Below are positions 11,981-25,717 of a stretch of DNA of 64,000 nucleotides, in pieces. The notes under the pieces were generated by a model. The model was not told where the DNA came from. It worked only from the letters and a program-made list of their open reading frames with translations, and ran no database searches. A program made the position numbers and the translations under genes. Origin of the DNA: Geosiphon pyriformis uo1 (Eukaryota; Fungi; Glomeromycota); assembly GCA_016748015.1 (NCBI GenBank), contig JAAOMT010000151.1, positions 62,001 through 126,000 of the forward strand. Reading direction: 5' to 3'. How positions within the stretch are numbered: the stretch's first letter is position 1; each line of letters begins with the position of its first letter.

Positions 11981-13107
11981 CTTTCAATAAGTGTGATCAG
12001 TCTGGTAATGTTAATATTGTCATCCTATTCTTTTGGCTTTGGAATCAATATGATTTGTGCTATTCTCCATTTCTTAGGCATGTTTGCTGCTTCTATGTAA
12101 GCATTAAGCAATATTCTCAGTTTGGACTTGGTATTAGGCCCAGCCTTCCTCTAAAGTTCAGTTTGTATGTTTGATGGGCCAGGGGCTTTGTTATGAGATG
12201 TGTAATTCAATATGTGTTTGAATTCCTCATTTGTTATTTCAGCTATTATACCATTAAAGACATAATCTAAAATGTTCTCAATTGGCTTAAATCTGTATTC
12301 TCAACTTTTCCATAGTTCAGGTTTAAGAATTTTTGTTCTAGTCTACTCTTGAGTTTTTTTGTTTACTAGCTTTTTGATTTTATCAAGATTATTATGAAAT
12401 TTGCCTTCTTTTATAACATAGTCCAGTACTATTCTTTGTCTTTTCTTGTTCAGAATGCTTTTAATCATTGCTTCTTTGCATAGCTTAAAGTTTTGTTGTT
12501 TTTTGATAATATTGTCCACTATTTGTCTTTGTTGTTGTAGCCTGATCCTGGTGCGCAATATAAATCTGTATTCTTTTTTGATGCTTAGTAATTCTATAAT
12601 AACCTTATTTTTTAGAAGAGTCATCAGATATGCATTAACTGTCTTAGGTTTCAATTGTTTCCATTTGGCCAACAGCTGCATAACATTGTTATTATGCATA
12701 TCTGTATTGTTTACTCTTATTTGTTTGATTATATTAGCAACAATCTTAACAAACTTGTGATCTAAGCATTTTTTCTTTGTGTATATAGATCAGACTTCCA
12801 CTTTCCTTTTTGGTAGACATTCAGCAGCTTGTAACACAGTCTCTTTGATTGTAAATTACATCTGATTTAGATTATTATTGCTGTTATCTATTGATTTTTT
12901 TTGTGCTTTATCTGTTAGTCAATCAGTTTCTCTTGCATAGATTTCCTATTGAACTTCAGATGTTTTTTTAACATTAATTATAGTTGTGCTACACTTCTTT
13001 CTTTCAGATCTAGATTTTTTAGTGCCTGTTAAGATTCTATCAGATCAGATATTTGTTACCACAGCTTTGTGATCAGTGCTAAATAATTTATTAATATCAA
13101 TTACCCC

Positions 13108-14683
13108 AATATTTGTAACCAGTAAGACTGTAACAACATTAGTACTCTTTCTCTCCTAAATTTCATGACCACAACTAGAGCTAAGAATAAAAAAACTGCA
13201 AACAGTTTTTTTCCTATAATAACTAATAAAGTTTCAACACAAGAAGGTCTCTCTGTTATTGAAGCAGCTAAACAAAACATTCTGAAAACATTTTCTTTAA
13301 AAAATATTAGTGAAAAGCTGTTTTTAGCAGCTTTTAATTTATTTTTTTCTCCTTTGACTGGTAGTTTTTCTTTAGTCAAAGTTTTTTCAAAAAGACACAC
13401 TCAGGTTAATCTCAGTGTTGTTTCTACTACTTCAAAAAGTCCAAAGATTTTTAATAACAGACCAGTCAACAAGTTGGTTTTTTCTGCTTTCACTACTCCT
13501 ACTACTTCTGCTACTTCTGCTTCACAAATGGCCACAAAAACCAAAAATTCCAAAAAACATCAGCATGCAGTCACAACTGCTATGGTCACATCAAACCCCT
13601 TTGTGGTTCCAGATGAGATCTTGGATAAGATCTTCACAGCAACAGCCAGCCCTCTTCCTAATATGGATGGCAATAGTAGTGGCTCAACTTCTAATATGAA
13701 GCAAGATCAATCACTAGCTGTGTTGCCTAATGTGGTAATCTCTGGCAGATTTTCTCCTACCATGGAAGCAAAACAGTTTATCATTTCAGATAATCTTAAA
13801 GATTGAGCTAATCAGATGGAAATGGAATTATCTACTTCTCCTCTAGTTTTTGGTGTTGTTAATAGAAGTGTTTGGATAAATGTAAATGGTCAACAAAGGT
13901 TCTCTGGGTGGGTGGCCTCTACTCTTGTGCCTGATGCTACATTCAAGATTAAGATGGCCCTTCTTAATTCCTTGTTTCAGCTGCTGTCTGGTTGTATTGG
14001 GCTTAAGTCAGTTTCACGAAATGCTGTTAAGTTGTTCTGTGTGGAATTTGCATCTTAGAAGAATTTAACTGGTATTACCAAAGTGGCCATTGATAATAAG
14101 ATTTTTTTGACCACTTTTAAGATTGCACAATCTTCTAGTGTGGCCTCTGTTTTTTCTTCTTTTCTGTCAGTTGCACTGTGCAATATACCTTTGGGTACCT
14201 CTTCTAATGACATCAAAACTACTCTTGGCATTTTTGATGTTGTTATGTCTATTAAGTTAAAGCCTGCTGGCTTGTGGCAATATGCTGTGATTAATTTTAA
14301 GAACACTTTCTCTGCTGCTACCACTCTTTTTTACTGGTCTGTTTTGGTTAGAAAAGACAGTATTAGAATTTTTCCCATTACCAACCAAAAAGAGATTATC
14401 TTCTCAAGAGATGCTTTCAAAGCTAAGCTGGTCAATCTTCTATTTGGCTGCACTGCATTTAAAATAAGTGATCTGGTTTTCCAAGTTGGTAGCTGTACAT
14501 GTTTTATTCCCTGCTTCCCTGATTCCTATCAACATCAATGTTTTGCTGTGATAACTTTTGATTTTTTGGAATTTTTAAATACTGCTGTTTCAAAAACTAG
14601 TACTTTACATGATTGCTGCATTTGATGGAAAACTCCTGGATGTTGTTGCTACTACAGATGTCAAAGTTTGGATCATTTAGCTG
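13108..14683 (+). mobile_element. LINE-Y 5' fragment (ORF1: RRM-like domains, partial CCHC), 3'-truncated
   Basis: ORFs 13165-13806, 13816-14058 and 14083-14625 in one frame; GLWQYAVINF / WSVLVRKDSIRI motif shared with ORF1 of the other LINEs; ends at CYYRCQSLDHL. Confidence 0.8.
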
Positions 14684-14689
14684 GGTTCT

Positions 14690-17250
14690 ATGCCTCTTTT
14701 TTCTTTGCCAAGTTAGACTTAGATATAGTATTTTGGCTTAATAATCTATTTTTTACCTTTTTTTTTTTTTCTGAAATGCAACTTTGCTGTTAAATAACTA
14801 TCATGTCTTTTTTTTTTCTACTATTACTCTAAGTTTGACAGCTACTATACTTAGCAGTTTGGCCATTTTATTAATCTGTTGTTTTAACTCATCAATTTCA
14901 GTCTTCTATGATTGGTTGACTTCTATTTTTGGTTGGTTTTTTCTATTGTTTACTTGTAGACCAGGTCTTTGAAATCTGTTTAGATTTGTGTTTTTCAGAT
15001 TATGGAGCAGTTTGAGTACAGCCATTTTGGCATATGATCTTCTACCAAAAACCTTGATGGTTTTTTCTAAAACATTTCTCCTAATATACAGCTTTGCCAC
15101 TCTAATATTGTTGGTAACTTTCTTGGTATTTCTCTCTTTTTTCTTATGTAAAGTTGGACATTTGGAAACCAAATGCTCTATCTGGTAACAAAAGTGGCAC
15201 TTTTTGGCATCAGTAAGCATTTAGTAAACCAGTGTGTTTCTAATTACAAAGGGCTTTTTAGTAGCATTGTTGCAATTAGCTTTACTGTCAAATTCTATGT
15301 AAATACAGCCCATCTTTGTGTAATTTTTGCTAATTTTTGGAATAAAGCAAGATCAGGCTTTAATCAAATTTAAAGTAATGCTCAAATAGTGAGCAGTACA
15401 GTTTTGTGGTAAACTTATTAGTTTAGCTTTCCAGGTTTTTCTTTGCTCAATTACTTTTTGGATTCCAATTATTGAGTAAATCTTAACTGTATCTTTTCTG
15501 ACTATAATTGACTATTGGTTTACAGCTCTGATTGTCTCTTCTTGGTTGTTATTGTTATGGTTGAAACTTATACTTCTTATTAATTATTACATGTATTAGC
15601 CACTGATGTTATATAAATTAGCCACTCTATTTTTAGAAAGTGATCATTAACCTGATTATTGATCTGATTATTAACCTAATCATTAATCTGATTATTGACC
15701 ATTTTTGACAGCTATATAAACAATGAATTTCTTAGCTGTAGAAAAGCATATAGAAATCAAGGAAATAAAATAAATAAAATAACAACTTTCATTTCAATCA
15801 TTCTCTTATTGCTAATTTCCCTTTTTTCTGTCTTCAAGTATCCAAATATCTTGGAATAAAAGATCACTTGTTGGTTATTTCCTATTCTTTTCTTGAAATG
15901 TGTAATTATAGCATTTGAAGATTATTGAATAAAATGTGACTGAAGAGTACATCTGATACCTGATATTGAATTCTAAGAGTGTTGACATAAGGCATAGAAT
16001 TATATCAGACATAATTATTTGTTGACAATACAGACTATTCTTCTACCTTCAGATTTCCTGGTTATCCTTAAAAAGTACAGTGACTAAGATATTTTATAAG
16101 ACTAATCTCACACATTGAATTCATACTTATTCAATTCGCTCTTTGAAGTTGAAATCTTTTTGATTATTTTTATTACTTTACAATCTTGTTCTCTCTTGCT
16201 ATCTATTAACTTGTTACTCCAATCCATAATATTATATTCAACCACTGCTGATTGCTATTTTCTAGCCACTTTATTTGGACTTTTTTTATCTTACCAAATT
16301 TTTTCATGGCAGCCTCCACTTCTCTGTCTAAAATGCTTAAGAAGATATCTTTTACTAGAACTTTCTTTTGACCAGCCATCTGGTTGGTAATGTCATTAGT
16401 AGTCATTAAAAATGATTCAATTTTCTTACTTGCTAGTATTTCTCTGGCTTAATCTTTTTCTGCTACTTGAGAGAAATTCACTTGAATTTCTTGGGTTTTC
16501 ATCATTATAGTCTTCAAAAAGTAACTAACATCCTCCAAAAAATTGTAAATCCACCTCACTTTCTTTTTTATGATTTTTTCCAATATATCTAATACCTGCA
16601 CAAAAAACACATGTTTTTTGGTTTCATAGACTACAGTTTTCTATCTTTTTTTATGGTTTGGTTCTATAAACATAAGTTTTTTGCCAAGTAATTTACTACT
16701 ATATTGGTCTGAACTTGGACTTGCCATTCTGCTTAATAGATCCAATTCAGAGTCTTTTATGTTTTTATAGTGTTATTCAGATCAGCTTTATCTTTGATTG
16801 TGACAAATGGATTGTCTATTTGCTTCTCAATTTCCAACACAGAATTTCTACTGTTGATTTTGTCCAAAATATTAGGGTTGTATTTTCTCAGAGCTGTTTC
16901 TATTTGTGCAGCTCTTTTACTGTTTTCTTTAGATGCTTTTGATAGTTTATCTATTTTTTTTAGGGACTTTGAGGCCTTATTTTCACTAGTTTAAGCTTAT
17001 TTAGAATTTGTTGCTATTTCTACCTTTGTTAAACATTGGTTATAAGACAAAGTTGTTGGTTTGAACAGTTGTGTTTTTGAATAAATCTTCTTTAATTACT
17101 TGGTTGAATCTTTTAGTTAGACTTTTTACACTTATTTTTCCAATGTGTCTGTATTTTTTGTTAGTTTTTTTCTCCAGTTTGTTGGCTGTTGTTGGAAAAA
17201 AGTTTGCTGTTTATTTATGTGAAGTTGTTTTTTTTGATGTGTTAGCTATT
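14690..17250 (-). pseudogene. ORF1 of LINE-X (RRM-like + CCHC), split by a solo LTR
   Basis: KKVLVKDIFL...FGKIKKVQIK; VEYNNQE restored across the TTAT TSD; CHFCYQIEHLVSKC. Confidence 0.75.
15553..16231 (+). mobile_element. Solo LTR of Gypsy-A
   Basis: Full LTR homology (5 units of the 12-bp array), flanked by TSD TTAT (15549-15552 / 16232-16235); terminal CA mutated to TA. Confidence 0.93.
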
Positions 17251-17957
17251 TTAAAAGATATATTATCTTTACTATTGTATTTATACTCTTAAATGGTCTG
17301 TTGACAGTGTTATGGTTGAAATCCATAATTTTTATTAGTTATCACATGTATTAGCCACTAATGTCATATAATTAGCCACTCTATTTTTAGATAGTAATCA
17401 TTGACTGGATTAATGACCTGACTATTGACCACTTTCATTAGCTATATAAGCGATAAGTCTCTTAGCTGTAAAAAGTCATTTCTTAGACAAGAATCAAATA
17501 AATAAAAATAACAACTTTCATCTCAATCACTCTCTTATCGCTAATTTCTCTTTTCTTACCTTTAAGTATCCAAACATCTTAGGATAAAAGATTACTTGTT
17601 GGTCTTTTCCTGTTTGAATAATTGTAGTATTTGAAGACTATTTGTATAAACATGACTGAAGAGCACAAGTTGATACCTGATATTGAATTCTAAGAGTGCC
17701 GACATGAAGGCATAGAATTAATACCAGTGGTGATCAATTGTTGACAGTACAGACTATCTTTCTACCTTCAGATTCCCTTGTTACCTTTTGAAAAGAATAG
17801 CAACTGAGATATTTTATAAGACTGATCTCGCACATTAAATCTATACTTATTCAATTCGCTCATTGAAGTTGAATCCCCTTTGATTATTTTCATCATCCTA
17901 CAATCTTGTTCTCCCTTGCTATCCATTAGCTTGTTACTTCAACCTGTAACATAAAAG

Positions 17958-17975
17958 TGGTGCTCCCTGTGAGGT
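17958..17975 (+). promoter_or_regulatory. Primer-binding site of A2 (TGGTGCTCCCTGTGAGGT); tRNA-Met(elongator)- or Ile(UAU)-like
   Basis: Reverse complement parses as a tRNA 3' end: AC-CTCAC-AGGGAGC-A-CCA; starts 6 nt after the LTR; decayed copy at 2694-2711. tRNA identity is inference. Confidence 0.75.
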
Positions 17976-18003
17976 TGTTAAAATTCACTTATTTTTTCAT
18001 TGT

Positions 18004-19560
18004 ATGGGTAATTACTTATATCTGCCACAGCAATCAGAAGAACACTTTGCAGCACACAACAGAAACAACCTAGATTTTATTGAACTTAATTCTCTGCCCT
18101 CCTGCTTGATCTGCTTTCTTATTGAAGAACAATTCAGCAGACAATTTCAAGACTTTTGAAACTAGTTCCTGAATGAGCATTCAGCTGAAATCTACACAAC
18201 TTATACAACCTATTACTTTAATCAAGCTTATTTTGAAGATAACTTTGAAGAAAAAAACAACAGTATCAATCAGCTCTTATATTCTACAATCTTTGAACAA
18301 AAGCCCCCTGATTTTAAATATCTGAATTATCAAATTCACATTTGGATTGCTGCCCATCAATCAACAGTAACTTCCCTTAAAACAAAAGAAAAAAGCTACC
18401 AAACAGCTCTTATTTTTGATTACTTCTTAAGTGAATCAGAGCACTCCACACAAACAGTAACTCCTGAACCAATGGTCCAAGATCCAATACAAGTAAACAT
18501 TCTGGCCGTCCTCCAAGACATACAAACTGCTTTGGGATGAAGAAACAACACCCCACTACTCCTATTCAGAGGTGATACCCAAGATCCAATTGAATGGTTG
18601 GACAATTTTGAAAGAGCAGCCACTGCAAACCAGTATAATGATGAATACAAGTTCCAAATTGTTGGTGGTTACCTCTAAGGCTCCTCTGCTACCTGGTTTT
18701 TACAAGAAACCAATGTTGGTGCTCAACAAAGAATTGTTAGATAAACCCCAGCAAATATTGGAGAAAACAACACCTTTTTCACTATCCAGTTTGAAAACAA
18801 ATTCAGAACCTCCATCTTAATATTCAAATGGCGTATGGAATTAGAAAAAAGAATCCAAAGTCCTGGTGAAATTGTGACTGAATATGCCAAAACAATCAGA
18901 AAACTCATCAAGCATATAGACTTTGGTAAAAACTGAACTGAAAAGCAAAAAATCCACTCCTTCACAAAAGGATTGAGAACTGATTTATCGTATGCTCTTT
19001 GGCCTCTCTTGGCTTTAAAAAATAATCCCACCATGGATATGGCCATTGAACTCGTCCAAAGAATTGAAAACAATCAAAAAATGCATTTGGGATCCACACT
19101 TCCAGTTTTTGCTTCTGTTCTTGTTATGGCTCCTACTTTTTAAATGGCCACTACTTCTTTTGCTGTCCAAACCCAAGACCCAAATGAACAATTGATAGAT
19201 AAACTCACAGGTAATCTTGCCTGGTTATTAGAACCATTGGCACAAGCAATCAGAAATAACCAGCAATCACCAAGACCTAGATATGAATTTCGTTTTAACC
19301 AGCCTCAGCAACCTCTCTATTAAAGACAGCAAAATCGTGGCCCACCTGTGTGCTATCATTGTGGATTAATTGGACATTATTTAAGAGATTGTAACAATCC
19401 TTCACTGCCTTCTCCAGCTCCCAAAAACAATGACAACCAAAACAACAGACCCAATAACAACAACAATGTCCCCAATCAAAGACCCAATCATGCCAACATT
19501 AATTTCTTTGGAGAGGATCCCCTAGTTGAAGCCACTGTTTATTAGTCTTTAAACTGGTAG
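18004..19560 (+). pseudogene. gag: gag of A2
   Basis: Collinear with A1 gag; CYHCGLIGHYLRDC knuckle; multiple premature stops. Confidence 0.88.
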
Positions 19561-22500
19561 GTGCACCTCCAAAAGGTAAGAGTGCAAGCCAACCAAAAGA
19601 AAACTCCTTTTATGCTTTTAACTTAACTGATGATGACCATGACATGAATGAACTAGCAATCAACACCTCAGAACCAACCAGAAAAAAGAAGAAAGCCAAG
19701 GTTGATTTCGTTTTAGACCCCAACAAAGCCTCAACTTCTGCTGCTGATAACAATGAGCCACCAAAGGCTAAAGTTTTTAAGAATTCTCCAAAGTTGGAAC
19801 CCCCAGAAATTGTACAAAAATCTGGACCCTATTCTGTTGTCAAAGATCTCATGAAAACCCCAGCACATATTACTTTTGGCCAGGTAATGACCCACTCACA
19901 GTTCAGAAAGAATCTTCGCAAATCCTTGATTCCAAAGAAGAAAACACCAAAAACCAACAAGTGCTCTTGCCAAGTTGGACTTGCTGACAACAGCAATATC
20001 ACTCCTCTGATTTGTAAAGCCCAAGTGGCTGGATACTTTATTGATTTAATTCTGAACAGTGGATCATTTGTTAGTGTCATTGCCAAACATTTCTTGAAAG
20101 CAATTGATAGAAAGATTAATGAACCTTCCATTAGACCAATAACCAATGTACATGGTGACAAAAAGAAAAGACTGGGTATTGCCAAAGCTGTTTCTGTCTG
20201 CATCAATGAAATCAGCATTGAAACTGACATAGAAGTTTCTAAAGCCAAGGAATACACCATTATTGTTGGCAATGAATGGCTCAAAAAAGCAAAAGCTTTG
20301 CTTGATTATGAACTTTGTGAATTAACCATCAGATGTGGTGAGAAATCCATTGTGGTTAAGTGTCGCCATTAGACAACTTCCCCAGTACCCAAACAAAACC
20401 AAAAAGAAGAACAATCAAATGAATCAGATGATGAAAAAAGCGATGAAGAAGAAGAACAAGAAGAGCAAGAAGAAACTGCTGAACTCGCCTATACCACTTT
20501 CACTAGTAATGGCAAACTACTGGACAATGTTAAAGCAGACAAAGAAGAAATCATTATAAATGGCAAGCTGATCTGCTGGCCTTATTATAATATTCTTAAA
20601 AGAACCTTTGAAAAAAAACCTGGCAAGAAAGCCAAATACAGTTTTTGGTGGCATGGTCCTTGTGCCCAGTGTTGGTGCAACAAACCTTTGTATTCTCTAA
20701 GTGATGAATGCAAATCATGCCTGATTTATTACAGAGATTGGGAATCAATCAGTTTGATATCCAGAGAAGAATTGAAAGAAGTACAGAAGTCCTTTGAAAA
20801 TGAACCATCTGAGATCCAATTACTAGTTGTGAAACAAAAAAAACCCTCCTCAGAAGAAAGAAAAATAGACATTGGCTAAAAATAGCCCAGTTATCTCCAA
20901 AAAAGATGATACCTCTGGACGTATCCATATAATACAACACACTATTACCACCAGAGAAACTCAACCCATCTATTTGAAACTTTATCAATCCAATTGGTGC
21001 AATGATGAGTTTATCAAGAAAGAAATAAACCGGATGAAAGAACTTGGATTCATACAAAAAACCAAGAGTAAATGGGCTTTCCCAGTTGTAGTGGTATCCA
21101 AGAAAGGTAGAACACTACACTTTTGTGTTGACTACTGCCAATTAAATGCCATCACTGAAAGAGACATGTACCCACTTTCCAAAATTGATGTAATGTTAGA
21201 CCAATTCAAAGATGCTGCTTTCTTCTCAACCATTGACTTAACTGCTGAATTCTGACAAGTAGAGATGGATCCAGAAAGCAGAAAAAAAACTGACTTCATT
21301 ACCAAGTATGGCACCTATGAATTCACAGTCATGCTTTTTGGTCTCACCAATGCCCCTCTCACCTTTCAATGCTTAATAGATAAAGTATTTAAATCAGTCA
21401 AGGAAAACTTTGTTCTAGTCTATTTGGACGACATAATAATATACTTAAAAACCTGGGATGAACACCTGGAACATTTGCAAAAGGTTTTTGATTTCCTCAG
21501 AAATGCTGGCCTCAAGATCAACCTAATCAAATCTTTCTTTGGAAAACAATCCACCCAGTTCTTTGGTCATCTTATTACAAAAGATGGAATCTTTTCTGAC
21601 CCAGCCAAAGTTGAAAAAGTCCAAAACATCAAACAACCAATGAACATTCATAAACTATGCTTTTTTCTTGGTTTGGCCTCTTATTATTGCAAATTTGTCA
21701 AGAATTTCTCTAAAATCGTCTCTCCTCTCAATCAGCTACTCAGGAAAAATATCAATTACCATTGGGGAACACATCAGCAAAAAGCCTTTGAAACTTTAAA
21801 AGAAAAACTGGTTACAGAACTCATCCTCAAGCAACCTAATCTAGATCGACTCTTTATCTTCCACACTGATACATCTGGCTTTAGACTTGGTGCTGTTCTT
21901 TCCCAGAAAGATGAAGATGGCAAAGAACATGCCATAGCCTATGCCAGTAGAACTTTTTCTCCAGCAGAACAGAACTATTCAGTCACTAAACAAGAATGCT
22001 TAGCAGTAGTATGGTCCACCAGTTACTGGAGTAAGTATTTTCTTGGTGTGAAGTTTTTGGTGGTAACAGATCACCAAGCTTTGGTTTGGCTGCACAACAA
22101 AAAAAGGCTAGAACACAAACGGATAACTTGCTGAATACTCCACTTGGATGAATTTGACTATAATATTCAACATTGCAAAGAAGCTAATCATCAAAACGCC
22201 AATGCTTTTTTCAGACTTATTATCCAGTGACAAAACAACTCTCTCAAACCAAACCAACTTAATTATTAGTAATTCCTTCTTTTTGACAAACATGATAATG
22301 GACTTGGACAACTACTCTGCCTTAATGGAATTTTTGGGTAAAGAACAATACCCACCGAAATACACACGACAACAAAGAGAACATTTGTTCAAACAATCAA
22401 ATTTCTATTTGATTTGTCAGAACCAACTTTATAAAAGAAAAAGAAAAGATCCTGACCGCTCCCAGAGAGTCATCAGATTTGAAGAAAGAGAAATTGTGAT

Positions 22501-23581
22501 CTACAATATGCACACTGATCCATTAGCTGGACACTTTGGAAAAACAAAAACAATTCAGAAAACTCTAGCTCGCTATTATTGGCCTACCTTGGAAAAAGAC
22601 ATTGCTGAATACATCAAAACCTGTGATATCTGCCAAAGAAGAGGAAAACCCAATCGCAAAAAAGATATTCATCTAATCTCTGTTGGTCAACCATTTGACA
22701 GAATTTGTATAGATGTTATTGGACTTTTAACAATAACTCCTGATGGCAACAGATACATTATTACAGCTACCAACTATCTTACAAAGTGGGTAGAAGCAAG
22801 AGCCACTCCAGACCAAACAGCAGTCTCAATAGCCAATTTCATTTATGAAGATATCATTTGTCACCATGGCTGCTCCAAAGAACTTTTATCTGACAGAAAA
22901 AGAGCTTTTCTCAGTACACTTGTTAAAGAACTTTGCAGAAAAATGGGAATACGTCACAAACTTTTCTCTTCTTATTACTTCCAAACAAATGACCTAGTAG
23001 AACGTTTTAATAGAACACTATGTGAAACCCTAGCCAAAACCAGTGAAGAAACAAACTTATGGGACAAAGTACTGCCTTCACCCTTGTTTGCCTATAAAAC
23101 TGTGAATCATGACATAACAAGTTATGAACCCTTTTATCTACTCTATGGATGAATGGCAACTCTACCAATAGAAACTGATATTGAGACAATACCCTTTGAA
23201 GAAATAACAATAGGAAATTACAAAGACATTTTGCAAAAAAGACTTGGTACCATTCTTAACTTATTAGTAGAAGCACAGATACTTGCCTTTGAAAAGTTAA
23301 AACAATTCCAAAAGAAGCTTAAGAAAAAGAAAACATATAAAACACTTTCCTTAAGTGTTGGTGACTTAGTTTTAGAATACTGTTCAGACAGAGACAATGT
23401 CTATGGTGATAAATTCTCTAGCCAGTGGAAAGAACCCTTTATAGTCAACAAAGTTTTGAACAATAGTTCTTATATCTTACAAGATCAATATAGAACAATT
23501 TTCAATGATCGCTCTGTTCATGGCACACAACTCAAAAAATATCACAAACAACCTGATTGGTTACCTGTTGTGGTAATATGA
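19548..23581 (+). pseudogene. pol: pol of A2 (PR-RT-RH-IN)
   Basis: LILNSGS; VYLDDII at ~21420; HTDTSG; HTDPLAGHFG...CDIC; IDVIG / LSDR / VERFNRTL DDE triad. Confidence 0.93.
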
Positions 23582-23651
23582 CCCAAATGATCAACAAAAA
23601 TCAGATATAAATAAATGCACCATTTCCAAAACAGAGGTATCTTCAATCGAC

Positions 23652-24308
23652 ATGAACAATTATTTCCTAGATCAAAACATTCAAAATGCTTTCTACACTC
23701 TTTATGAGTACTGGATCAAAAATTATCCAAATGCTACTCTGACTATTGGAAAACAAATTACCATAACTGATAACAGTGGAACACATACTGTTATTAGACC
23801 AAAGAAAACCACTACCAGAAAAGAAAGAATTGGTAGCAAAATGGATAAGTATTTGCTGGAAAGCATAACAGCAGCAATACTTACACCTTCCATGACAATT
23901 GGAAAAATGATTAAGGAAATCTTGCCCATAGACAAAAACTTGTCATATGGAAGGCAACTAGAACTCTATGGTTGTCTTGGTGAAATCATAGAAAAAATGA
24001 AGCTCATAAAGAAAACAACTTTAGAGATACAAGTCTAAATTTTGGGCATTATATGTTTAGATGTCCCAAGAGTTTTGACTATTGCAAGAAGAGCCAAAAC
24101 TCTTATACAAAGATTTGGTCTCTTGGATACATAGCTTATTTCACCTCAAGTACTATACACTCTATCCACAAAAGACTTCAATAAACTAGTTAGTTTTGAG
24201 TTAGACAAAACTCTTCAATTAGAATACCCTATAAATAGCTTGATTTCACCGGAGCTCAATCTCTTTGGAGAGGATAATGTTATGGTTGAAACCCATAATT
24301 TTTATTAG
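23652..24308 (+). pseudogene. ORF3 of A2 (two premature stops)
   Basis: Same length and frame as 8386-9042; ends inside the 3' LTR. Confidence 0.85.
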
Positions 24309-25717
24309 TTATCACATGTATTAGCCACTGATGTCATATAATTAGCCACTCTATTTTTAGATAGTGATCATTAACCTGATTAATGACCTGACTATTGATC
24401 TGGTTGTTAACCACTTTTATTAGCTATATAAGCAATGAGTCTCTTAGCTGTAGAAAATCATTTCTCAGACAAAAATCAAATAAATAAAAATAACAACTTT
24501 CATCTCAATCACTCTCTTATTGCTAATTTCCCTTTCCCTACCTTTAAGTATCCGAACATCTTAGGATAAAAGATTATTTGTTGGCCTTTTTCTGTTTGAA
24601 TAATTGTAGTATTTGAAGACTATTTGTATAAATGTGACTGAAGAGCACAAGTTGATACCTGATATTGAATTCTAAAAGTGCTGACATGAAAGCATAGAAT
24701 TGATACCAGCAGTAATCAATTGTTGACAGTATAAACTATCTCTCTACCTTCAGATTCTCTTGTTACCTTTTGAAAAGAATAGCGATGTTACCGGAAGTTT
24801 TTGGTCTCTTTTCTTAAATGTTGTTAATGTTGATTTGCTGTGAATTCACGTTTCTAGGAAGTAGTTGAACCTCCAGTAACTGAATTTATTTTCAAATTAT
24901 CTCCTATAATTTGAACTGCTGGGCTTATAAGTGGAATGGCCAATTCTATGCCAGTTGCTTTGTGTAGTTACGTTGTAGTAAATGTCAACTCTTCTCCAAG
25001 AATTGCTTATTTGGAAGCTCACTAAAAAAATGTGTAGTTACTTTGCTGTAAAAGTCAACTCTTCTACAGGAATCTTGTCTGTAGGCTACTCTAATGCTTG
25101 TAATAAGAAAAGAAAAGAAAAATAAAAGAAATGTAAAAGAAATAGAATTCTGTTAAGGGAAACGTTTTCTATTCAGGCCTGAAGTCACTAACAGTTTACT
25201 GAAATTGGTAACTAATCAATTTCAAAACGTTAGTTGGGGTTTTTGGAGATTTTCCAAGTACAATATTTAAAGAAATTGATTTTTCAAATTATTTGATATT
25301 TTATTTCTTTTTGTGTGTATAGGAATAGTTCTAAGTAATAAATCTAAAGTAAGATACATTTTCTTGAAAAGAGAAGCTCTTTTTTTATACAACTTGTTGT
25401 AACATTATTCTATAAACTTGAACTTTGCTCTTTTCTACAATTTCACTGAACTAAAGATACATTTCAGTGAACTATTAGATATTTCGGTGAACTATCAATT
25501 ATTTTAGCAAATTTCTACAAATTTCGGTGAACTTTTGAATGTTACATATTTCGGGATATTGCATAATTGATCATCACACTTAGGTTACATTTGTGTTATG
25601 TACAAATTGGGTTATTAATTAAATGATAATTTCAGACATTTTGCTAATATAATAAGTGATAATTTGAAATGATAATATATGCTAATTAATGATAAGATTT
25701 ATAAGGGTAATTTTACA

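Noticed and set aside
17958-17975. tRNA genes
   Set aside because: Only 18-nt PBS complements are present; no cloverleaf seen.
19829-20284. Antisense ORFs over pol, gag and LINE ORFs (also 39172-39600, 45079-45465 and others)
   Set aside because: Opposite-strand shadows of TE coding sequence with no independent motifs.
23400-23581. Chromodomain at the integrase C-terminus
   Set aside because: Integrase ends shortly after the GPF module in both families.
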